The notes under the pieces were generated by a model. It was not told where the DNA came from and made no database searches. It saw only the letters and a program-made list of their open reading frames with translations. A program made the translations under genes and the position numbers. A stretch of DNA of 64,000 bases from a virus. The stretch lies in IMG/VR virus record IMGVR_UViG_3300021963_000105, positions 5,310 through 69,309 of that record, one strand, 5' to 3'. This document shows, in pieces, positions 10,001 to 17,233 of the stretch (position 1 is its first letter; the number at the start of each line of letters is the position of its first letter).

Positions 10001-11307
10001 AACTCAACATGGCTTTCACCTGCAATAGTAATTGGTATTTTTCCTTGTGATTGTAGTTTTTTTGTTTTTTCTATAAGATTTTCATCTCTGATTTCATTAA
10101 AAGCAACTTGAATATCGTTTATTTTTGTTTCTTTATCACCATAATCTTCTGGGAATGATAATCTATATAGTGTATCAATATCTCTATCGGTTGGTTCATC
10201 CCAATTCTCTATTGGCGGAAATCCGGCGTTTACTGCTTCATCTTGTATAAACTTTTTACCTTCATCATCTAAATAATCATTAGGAGACATGGTATCAGTT
10301 CCTTCACCCTGTCCAATCATACTTGCCCAGTTTCCAGCATTAACCTGTGATTGATTGAACCCTGTTTTCTCCATCTGTCTTTTGTATAGTTTGGATTGGT
10401 CATTATGTACATCTAATTCATCACCATCCCAAGTATCAATCCCAGCACCTAATTCTTTAAATTTAGGAGCAGCATATCTCATTTCATCGTGAAATACTAT
10501 CTCACCATTTTTTCCAGTCGAACCACCCTCCCCAACAAATACAATATCTTTCCATCTTTCTTGTGGAATATTTGCTTTAACATCGTTGATAATATCATCA
10601 ACCATTTTTTTATTTCTATGAACAGTACCATATATCTGCCCACCACCTTCCATTGGTATTGTTTGAATATCTTTACCCGATAGTTTACCTTTGAATTGTT
10701 TTGCCTTTGAATTTGGGTCTTTACTAACCGGTTCTAACTTTGTAGGTTCATCCACCTCATCACCTTTTGCTAATTTATCAAGAGTTTGTTTTTCAGCATC
10801 CATTCTAGCTGCCATAGCAGGGTCTGCTTTTGGGTCAAACATTGCATGTGGTTCTTCTTTTGGTTTTTCTTCACCACCACTACTAGCCTTTGGTTGAGTA
10901 TCACCACCTTTTTTGGTATTATGTGCCGATGGTACTGATTTTCCATCTTTTTCAGCACCTAATGATTTATTTAATGCTTTTCTTTCAGGAGTTCCAGCTT
11001 TTGGTAACATTGCTTCTGCAGCTTTTCTACCGGGATGGCTAGCGGGTAATCTTAAAAGGTTTCCAATTGGTGCTTCTTTCTTTTCTCCTTTTTCGTTTTG
11101 ATATGAAATTACTTTATTTAAAAGAGGGTTACTGAATTGCTTATCAGCTTCAGTTAGATTTTGTATTAACTCATCTTTTATCTCATATAATCCCATTTCG
11201 GTTAATATTTGAGATAATTCATTAATATGATTTGGATTAGATGGATTTGGCATACCATTATCCACTCTATAAGCCCACTCTTCTAATATATTATTAATTA
11301 AAGACAT
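7093..11307 (-). CDS. Large multidomain protein containing a ParB/Srx-like domain
   Basis: 1404 aa. LKATQSEL...PIYVSRDGYVVDGHHRWAA is a ParB-like signature, and charged low-complexity linkers separate several domains. Confidence 0.7.
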   Translation of the reverse strand: MSLINNILEEWAYRVDNGMPNPSNPNHINELSQILTEMGLYEIKDELIQNLTEADKQFSNPLLNKVISYQNEKGEKKEAPIGNLLRLPASHPGRKAAEAMLPKAGTPERKALNKSLGAEKDGKSVPSAHNTKKGGDTQPKASSGGEEKPKEEPHAMFDPKADPAMAARMDAEKQTLDKLAKGDEVDEPTKLEPVSKDPNSKAKQFKGKLSGKDIQTIPMEGGGQIYGTVHRNKKMVDDIINDVKANIPQERWKDIVFVGEGGSTGKNGEIVFHDEMRYAAPKFKELGAGIDTWDGDELDVHNDQSKLYKRQMEKTGFNQSQVNAGNWASMIGQGEGTDTMSPNDYLDDEGKKFIQDEAVNAGFPPIENWDEPTDRDIDTLYRLSFPEDYGDKETKINDIQVAFNEIRDENLIEKTKKLQSQGKIPITIAGESHVELVDKMMQKASKPDSDFQPVEPNDVTKEMPKADSAAFSGQSDIDKITPQEQKEISMKIDALDKMTKDAIAKGEKAPNYNLCQVTVPGTNLYCDNNLGIPREDMPQFKGKPQPGTPAADMPVDKNGEVDTEPLFKQMLADRGIKVLDTEIPSDSLKATQSELVGSKVAGMTKALEKDPNHPSITAPIYVSRDGYVVDGHHRWAAVTSAAIKNGEPANMKVRVIDMDAKDIIPMANKFAEEQGVAAKKADANQEGPKSDIASVPKVEDEKGKTAKTPSGKTLYSVGGGYYSDRPNGEPKFIRTETIAKKAFFEGDEKAFLLIFEAEFSADVEGGKSGKFKEIPEKDRKDAADDIASQQQSQSNIESVNVDRSGFDNKNKNYKDAPNGPTQQEILDDLNEGNLDTITKYQNEVESNREKGIAGAGGPVASEGESKFCHAINNLDTFKTENSEKIQAKTEELRGKGLNAEEKKFASSLGLDVKSDEFLRILAERAVFAEVNLEKAMADKDNSVFYKPGKTGFAENIEAYTQWMKAAYAGGLSTINRLNESKLDTTQPYKVVQSTTELNDAVQAHLEDMVEKSEGDDKKYYEHQLKLFKKFKTYHDTFAIGKDKNGRTAIVSISNKKDSEIKDPQNNTTPAQRLRLMQIKFGDDVSEGVSKTIEEGILEVSNAAAATVKSQAKMKIDDSVVSACESPKMKNYMDTLNTIATDGKHRFSKYIQSKGKDWEKLSTKEKLELMKEYSNSRLYDKDGNSRLIEKEEGTFYKDDSGKEIGPIKSLGQIGLPYEPFGKIAIKLGEFGVNEETKAIKQTEKDIVTAVHTKVTEKLFEDDAPDGYHPTERPDADNGKHTQAYISGVMDAMHLGTYIDLDDADDDAILIQMGFNGVKASMIRNCIAEQSGYKGDTNTPEGKKGLKEHLLKKSRVTPGGEKVSVMNEGKEVELFNDQWRTAGTTQKVASYFGKDVRECLQNKAKK

Positions 11308-11309
11308 TA

Positions 11310-11939
11310 TTATTTAAATTTAAATCCAGTCAATTTTTCTATTTGTGCTACCGGTACTTCGTTATTTTGAAATCCATCTGGATTTGATGTATCGTTATTA
11401 AATAGGTATGCATGATATTTTCCCGCTACATGAACTACTTTCCAACATTGAGTAGGAACTGATACTGAACCTATTTTCTTTTGTTCTCCAACTGAACCAC
11501 TCCATACCTTTACTTTTGAACTAATCAATGCCCAATCACGAGTTGCAGTTTCTAATGATTTCCAATCTCCCGCATTTAATCTATGTGTTTGCGCTACCAT
11601 ATTACTAAAGTAGAAACATTCGTCTTGAACCGCAGGTGTTTGGCAAAGGTTATCAGCTGCTGGCATTACGTGTCCTCTATCATATCCACTTTTTACATAA
11701 TCTGCTCCTATATTTGTTTCAGCAGGTAATTGTGGGTCTGGCTTAAAATTATCTTTTCTTTTTAGTGGAGTTGGGCAACCTACCATTGCTTTTGTTGTTT
11801 CCCATTCTACTAATACTGGGTATCTTTTTGATTTACTGAAGTGTGTTGTGTAGTTTGTGTGTTTGATTACTACGATGTCTTGTGCTCTTACAACAATTAA
11901 TGTAAAAAAGAACAATAGAGATAAACCTAATTTTTTCAT
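11310..11939 (-). CDS. Exported DNA/RNA non-specific endonuclease (NucA/EndoG family)
   Basis: GYDRGHVMPAAD, FYFSNMVAQ, LNAGDWKSLE and VPTQCWKV, with an N-terminal signal peptide MKKLGLSLLFFFTLIVVRA|Q. Confidence 0.92.
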   Translation of the reverse strand: MKKLGLSLLFFFTLIVVRAQDIVVIKHTNYTTHFSKSKRYPVLVEWETTKAMVGCPTPLKRKDNFKPDPQLPAETNIGADYVKSGYDRGHVMPAADNLCQTPAVQDECFYFSNMVAQTHRLNAGDWKSLETATRDWALISSKVKVWSGSVGEQKKIGSVSVPTQCWKVVHVAGKYHAYLFNNDTSNPDGFQNNEVPVAQIEKLTGFKFK

Positions 11940-11980
11940 ATGTTATAGTATTGTTTTGTATATACTATAAATATGTTTTT

Positions 11981-13267
11981 TTACACTTTTCCATAATCCA
12001 AACCCCAACTTGCTTTGATAGGAAACCCACCCTCTTCAATCATTTCCTTCAAATTCTTAATCATACTCTTATCCACATCCATAGGAACATCAAATAGAAA
12101 AGAGTCATAAGTATATAAAATAAAACGGATTTCACTCCCTCTAATATAATCCAATATCTTACGCATCTTATCAATGTTCATTTCAGTTTCTAGGGCTTGT
12201 AGGAGATAGTTAAACACCTTTTGTGGATTTGCTCCTTCAATCCAACTTAGGGGTATTCTACGATATTGAGTTTGTAAATACCCATTCTTTTGTGTTTCAA
12301 TCCACAACTCATCTATGTAATCAGCTACCCCGTTTAGATATGGGATTTGACGGAATGTATCATCGATTCCACCATATAGTAATTGGAATGTAATACCCTT
12401 ACCCTCATTCACATCACATCCATATTGTTCGGCTAACCACTCATGTACATTCCCATCCGGCATTTGGAATCCTATCAACTTACCAATAAGACGGGGGTGA
12501 TATGCGTTATAATCCATTTGTAAGAATATTCCATCCGATACAAAACACTCCCTACTACCATCCGATTTATTGAGAGCGGCATAGTTCACACCACCATGTC
12601 GATTGGATGGTCTACCCGTTACCGTAAATGGATTGTATTCGGAATATACTAAATTATCGGGTGAAAGATGTTTTTGAGCTTGAGGCCATCTATCAATAAA
12701 TTTTTTCCTATCGACCCGAATCCCATATCGTTCCATTTCTGAAAGGGTGGATATGAATGTTTCATTGTACCACTTATATGTTTGTGTAGAAGATTCATTA
12801 TGGAAGTACTTACCAAATAAGGGGTCTATAACCTCCACAATCTTCATTAGAGGAATTGATTGAATTAAGTCATCTCTATACCCTTTATGAGTTAGCGTTG
12901 ATAAGAGAGGATTTAAAGCCCCTTCATAGTCAATTACTTCACCACTCTTAATAAAGTATGAAGAATCTACATCATATAGGTTTACCAAAACTTTAAGTGA
13001 TTGTAATAATTTCTTCTTTTGGAATACCCACTTATCACCTCCAGTGTTTAGGATTGATTGAATATCTTTAAGAGAGAGTGAGAGAGCATCTGCGTGCTGA
13101 ATAGGTAAAACATATAATCCATCTACACATCGTACTAATATAAGAGATAGATTAGTTCGTAGGGGATGCTTTGTGTTATCCACCCACATAGGATACCATA
13201 TGGATACTTCACTTTCCAGCTTCTTTTGTAACTCATTTACTTCCTCTATGGATTCTACAACCTTCAT
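11981..13267 (-). CDS. Short, divergent family-A DNA polymerase
   Basis: MERYGIRVD, TVTGRPS, motif A DYNAYHPRL, motif B KGITFQLLYGG, NYLLQA and motif C YTYDSFLFD. The ATG at 13267 is chosen because the longer start lies inside a terminator/promoter. Confidence 0.8.
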   Translation of the reverse strand: MKVVESIEEVNELQKKLESEVSIWYPMWVDNTKHPLRTNLSLILVRCVDGLYVLPIQHADALSLSLKDIQSILNTGGDKWVFQKKKLLQSLKVLVNLYDVDSSYFIKSGEVIDYEGALNPLLSTLTHKGYRDDLIQSIPLMKIVEVIDPLFGKYFHNESSTQTYKWYNETFISTLSEMERYGIRVDRKKFIDRWPQAQKHLSPDNLVYSEYNPFTVTGRPSNRHGGVNYAALNKSDGSRECFVSDGIFLQMDYNAYHPRLIGKLIGFQMPDGNVHEWLAEQYGCDVNEGKGITFQLLYGGIDDTFRQIPYLNGVADYIDELWIETQKNGYLQTQYRRIPLSWIEGANPQKVFNYLLQALETEMNIDKMRKILDYIRGSEIRFILYTYDSFLFDVPMDVDKSMIKNLKEMIEEGGFPIKASWGLDYGKV

Positions 13268-13271
13268 TTTA

Positions 13272-13303
13272 CAAAGATACAAAAAAAATCCCACAAATCC
13301 AAA
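13272..13303 (-). promoter_or_regulatory. Bacteroidota-type promoter for the PolA-like gene
   Basis: TTTG-N20-TATCTTTG ending 4 nt before the ATG. Confidence 0.75.
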
Positions 13304-13318
13304 TGGAAAAGTGGGATT
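13281..13318 (-). terminator. Terminator of the tmRNA gene
   Basis: Minus strand AATCCCAC...GTGGGATT stem followed by a T run, immediately after the CCA end. Confidence 0.75.
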
Positions 13319-13698
13319 GGTGGAGATGGCGGGATTCGAACCCGCGTCCAGATAAGTTTCTAATGTAAATCGTTCACAAGTTTAGGATAGTGTTTTATCT
13401 TACTAACACTCCAAAAGAATTGGGGCCGAATGGTTAATTCAGCAGATTCCACCAACCGATTTAGAGTTTCGGTAAACTTAAAATGTTCACTTCTTTTTAA
13501 TTCCCATGAGTGATACGGGAACGATTAGGCAGCTACTGCGTAATCGAATGAGTTCATCCATGCCATAGCATCTTCGAACGTCATAGTAGATAATTCTACG
13601 TCTGCACTTATTGTTTGATAGGTCTTCAAAGGTTTCCATCTAACCTTACTTGCATCAATACAACCAGTCTTCATACCTGTCAAAAGCCGGTCATCCCC
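13318..13698 (-). ncRNA. ssrA: tmRNA (transfer-messenger RNA), 381 nt
   Basis: 5' GGGGATGACCGGCTTTTGAC and 3' GGACGCGGGTTCGAATCCCGCCATCTCCACCA. The acceptor stem GGGGAUG/CAUCUCC has the G3-U alanine identity pair and a T-loop. The internal reading frame ends YAVAA-stop (13605..13525). Confidence 0.95.
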
Positions 13699-13717
13699 AT
13701 ATTTTAAAGAACTTTTA

Positions 13718-13749
13718 CAAATATACAATAAATATTTTATATTTCCAAA
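13718..13749 (-). promoter_or_regulatory. Bacteroidota-type promoter for tmRNA
   Basis: TTTG-N20-TATATTTG, 19 nt upstream of the mature 5' end. The spacer also holds a TATTTATT late-motif variant. Confidence 0.75.
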
Positions 13750-14105
13750 TTTTCTTTATGAAATTGTAAAAGATTTGGTAAATACAATTTTAAAGAAGGC
13801 ATTTTTTCATACGAAAGATTTATTGATTTTTTATTTGAATTTATAACTTCATTTTCTGTTCCTTTTATTCTCCAAGTAAGTTGGACAGCTACATAAAAAG
13901 GATTTTCAGCAAAATCAATAAAAGATGATTCATTTATTTCATAAATATATCCATCCTCATCATTTGCTTTTTGCACAAAGTATCTCACAATATATCCAAT
14001 TCTATAATTATCATTTGTTGGGGTTGGAATGTAAGTTTTAAATTTAGGCAAATCAAATGTATTACCTATTTTATTTACTTTGTTATAATCATAAATACTT
14101 ACCAT
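13737..14105 (-). CDS. Hypothetical protein at the end of the baseplate operon
   Basis: 122-aa ORF closely following the 942-aa gene. Confidence 0.7.
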   Translation of the reverse strand: MVSIYDYNKVNKIGNTFDLPKFKTYIPTPTNDNYRIGYIVRYFVQKANDEDGYIYEINESSFIDFAENPFYVAVQLTWRIKGTENEVINSNKKSINLSYEKMPSLKLYLPNLLQFHKENLEI

Positions 14106-14109
14106 AATA

Positions 14110-16938
14110 TTATTTTATTTCTTGAATAAATTGTCTATACTTACCAGTAACAGAGGTAGTCCACAATGAATCCGACACACTTTGTTCCAATTCAGTTATT
14201 TGAAACACTCCATTTTTTTTATATTTATCAGGTATTCCATCTATAACAAACATATCACCTCTTCTTAATCCACTAATTCCCATAGTTTTAAATCGATATG
14301 TTATTGGTAATGGATGTGATAATTGATATTGTTTTTCATCACGTTTAGCAGCAAATGCATTTTGCTTTAACATATCAAAATAAGGTACATCTGTTAAACA
14401 ATATGACCTAAAGAAAGTTCTAAGTTTTGTCAAATCTTGCATTGCCTCTCCTACTTGCACCGATGAAATATTTTTTTCTTCAGGATTTGGTACTACATCT
14501 ATTTTTCTAAGATTTTCACTAGCCGTACCTTTTGCTGCATTTGCTTTTCTTTGAGCTATTTCTCCTTGAATTTTAATTCCAGTAAATCCGGTTATTTTTT
14601 GAAAATCCTCTTCTGCTTTTGTTTGCCTATCTCTTAATATTTTTGCCTGAGCTTCAACCGCAGCGTCATCAAATGCATAATAATATTCCAATTCACCAGA
14701 TGTATTATATCTTGTTTGCTGAGATTGCTTATGTTTAGCTTCCAATTCAGCAAGTTTTTGTCCAGCATCTTCATATTCTTTAATAAGTGCATCTTTTTTT
14801 GCATCATCAGCTGGCGTTGCTGGAGTAGGTGGTGGTGGTGGACCGGATGCATCTTTTGGAGCTCGTACCGAACTTAAAAATAAATCGGTAGTTGAATCAA
14901 AAAAAGAACCACCTTGGGCAAATTGAGAATCGGGATTACTTGAATAAGATAATCTACTCATAATTAATTTATTCGCCATTTCCGCTGGTATGGATAAATC
15001 TAAATTACTTTCTAAAAACGGAGATTGCCTTCCAGAATGATAAAAAGATTTTCGTACACTTTTATTGTCAGGCTTTCCGACAAAATTTTCATCAACTACA
15101 GTTAAAACAATATCACCTTTTTTTAAACCTTTTTCCGCATCACCTACTTTAAGTTTAGTTTCTACTATTTGAAAATTCCAATATGAATTTACTGCACTTG
15201 ACATTTCATTTAAAATATCCAATAATACTTCACTAATTGTTTTATTAGATTGTTTTATTTTTGAATTAAACATATCAAAATTTACATACAAATCTTTTAA
15301 GTATCCCCAATGATTTGCACCTTCTCTATATGGTATTACTGCAGGAGTTTCTACTTTTTGTACAAAACTAACACCACTTATGCTATTATCAACTGGTTTT
15401 AAAATATTACCATCTATTACTATATATTCCGCATGAAACGCTCCACCTTCGGTAGCACCTAATGTAATATTATTTGCATTTAAAAAAAATGCCATAAAAT
15501 CAGGTTGTTCACCAGGTACAATAAGTTTCCCAGGGTCTGTTGAAAACATATATTTAAAAGCTCCACATATAGAACTATCTATGTTTATTCTAACAGATAC
15601 ATTATTACCGCCCATATTTAATCCCTCAACAGCATTGTTAGAATTTAATATTTTTACAGCTAAATCCATTTTTATGTATCTGTTATTTGAAAATAAATCT
15701 TTTTTATCTATTTCAACTTTTGTACCTTTACTATCAGTTACTTCAATAACATCATAGTTCCAAAGTTGTGAAATATTACCCGTAGCAATAACATTTTTAA
15801 CTATTTCAAGTCCACCCGGTCTCACATAGTTACCTATATTTGTTTGAATTGTTTTATCAAAATTAATAAAACGAGTTAAACTGACTAATGGATTATTATT
15901 TATTTCTAATTTTTTTACCTCCTCAATCTGTCTTTGCTCAGCTAAATCATTAAACATATATTTAAATCTTTGCTTTGCTTTAAATACAGGATCTGTTGTA
16001 GCGGTAGCATCTTTAGAGTCTTCCAATTCCTCACCTTTATAGGACAAATAATTAGCACTTCCAGTAATCATACCAGAACTATCTAATTTATTAACTTTAT
16101 GTTGTCCTTGTAAATAAGTTGGTAAACCAGGTTGACCTCTTAAAGTTATACTTACATTAAATACCTCATTTTCACTACTTACACTACCACCTACTATAAA
16201 TCCAAGAAAACAATCAAAATTACCATCCGAATTTAATCTTACTTCATGCAAATGGTCATAATTTAACCCACGCTTAGCCGCTTCCGTTATTATTGCATTT
16301 TGGTTTGTATTAGGTGCGGTTATGGGTCCTACTAAATTCGGTGTATTCCACCCATATTCTATATACAAAGTATAACCTGGCTCCATAAAATAAGTTTGTA
16401 TCATTTCCAATTGCCCCAATGTAAAACATTTAATATTCATTGTACATTCTCTTGAGATTTGGTCCTGTCCTTCTTTAATTTCCAATCCAGTAATAATTGG
16501 AGATGGTCTTAACAACCTATCTGGAACCGAAAGTGGTGTTTCTTTTTCTTTTCCTGTTAAACTAATACCAATTGTACCACTTCTTGGGTTATTAATATTT
16601 GCATTTCCATAATAACTGTTTTTACGGTTAGCTTTAGTAGCTTTTCCTTTTTCATTTTTTTCAGTAACTGAAAAATCTTTATCAAACTCTTCCCAATCTT
16701 GTATGGATTTTAATATCATACCATCACTTTGTCCATATTTACCTCTTGCACCCGATATTGCTTTAACCCATGTATTTAATTTTGAAGTTTCTAATAAACC
16801 ACTTGTTTGGGCAATTGCTTCATAGTCAGATTCTTTTCCTCCGAAATTAGTTACTGCTAATTTAGCATTTATACTATTTGCTCTTGATTGGATTCTGTAA
16901 TAAATCTTATCTTCTATATCTGATAATTGTGGAAACAT
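14110..16938 (-). CDS. Putative baseplate hub / tail-tip protein
   Basis: 942 aa, downstream of the LysM gene. C-terminal TMGISGLRRGDMFVIDGIP...FQITELEQSV...WTTSVTG resembles the hub beta-barrel end. The call rests largely on position. Confidence 0.55.
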   Translation of the reverse strand: MFPQLSDIEDKIYYRIQSRANSINAKLAVTNFGGKESDYEAIAQTSGLLETSKLNTWVKAISGARGKYGQSDGMILKSIQDWEEFDKDFSVTEKNEKGKATKANRKNSYYGNANINNPRSGTIGISLTGKEKETPLSVPDRLLRPSPIITGLEIKEGQDQISRECTMNIKCFTLGQLEMIQTYFMEPGYTLYIEYGWNTPNLVGPITAPNTNQNAIITEAAKRGLNYDHLHEVRLNSDGNFDCFLGFIVGGSVSSENEVFNVSITLRGQPGLPTYLQGQHKVNKLDSSGMITGSANYLSYKGEELEDSKDATATTDPVFKAKQRFKYMFNDLAEQRQIEEVKKLEINNNPLVSLTRFINFDKTIQTNIGNYVRPGGLEIVKNVIATGNISQLWNYDVIEVTDSKGTKVEIDKKDLFSNNRYIKMDLAVKILNSNNAVEGLNMGGNNVSVRINIDSSICGAFKYMFSTDPGKLIVPGEQPDFMAFFLNANNITLGATEGGAFHAEYIVIDGNILKPVDNSISGVSFVQKVETPAVIPYREGANHWGYLKDLYVNFDMFNSKIKQSNKTISEVLLDILNEMSSAVNSYWNFQIVETKLKVGDAEKGLKKGDIVLTVVDENFVGKPDNKSVRKSFYHSGRQSPFLESNLDLSIPAEMANKLIMSRLSYSSNPDSQFAQGGSFFDSTTDLFLSSVRAPKDASGPPPPPTPATPADDAKKDALIKEYEDAGQKLAELEAKHKQSQQTRYNTSGELEYYYAFDDAAVEAQAKILRDRQTKAEEDFQKITGFTGIKIQGEIAQRKANAAKGTASENLRKIDVVPNPEEKNISSVQVGEAMQDLTKLRTFFRSYCLTDVPYFDMLKQNAFAAKRDEKQYQLSHPLPITYRFKTMGISGLRRGDMFVIDGIPDKYKKNGVFQITELEQSVSDSLWTTSVTGKYRQFIQEIK

Positions 16939-16942
16939 AACT

Positions 16943-17224
16943 TTATAATTGAGTTAATATTGATGATATATCTTTTGGTATTCTTAATATTGTACCGTCT
17001 TCAAATCCAAAAGATGCATTGTGTATATTATTAGCAGATGCGATTAACCATCCAAATGTGGAATCTCCATAGAATTGGTAAGCTAATGTATCCAATCTAT
17101 CACCCGTTTCAGTTGCAATATACACATCACTATCTTTTAATGGAATATTAGGATATATTTTTGGTCTATATACCTCTCTTCCATCTTTTTCTTTTTTCGT
17201 ACCGTTTGTATAATATCTATTCAT
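16943..17224 (-). CDS. LysM / tail protein X-like baseplate protein
   Basis: GDRLDTLAYQFYGDSTFGWLIASANN...GTILRIP. Confidence 0.85.
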   Translation of the reverse strand: MNRYYTNGTKKEKDGREVYRPKIYPNIPLKDSDVYIATETGDRLDTLAYQFYGDSTFGWLIASANNIHNASFGFEDGTILRIPKDISSILTQL

Positions 17225-17233
17225 AATAAACTA

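Noticed and set aside
13318-13350. tRNA-like 3' end as a tRNA gene or prophage attachment site
   Set aside because: It pairs with a 5' end 380 nt away and brackets a tag frame, so it is tmRNA. No integrase, duplicated copy or host-like flank was seen.
13525-13728. 67-aa ORF MYICKSS...YAVAA
   Set aside because: It overlaps the tmRNA and its promoter. Only the last 26 codons are meaningful, as the tag.
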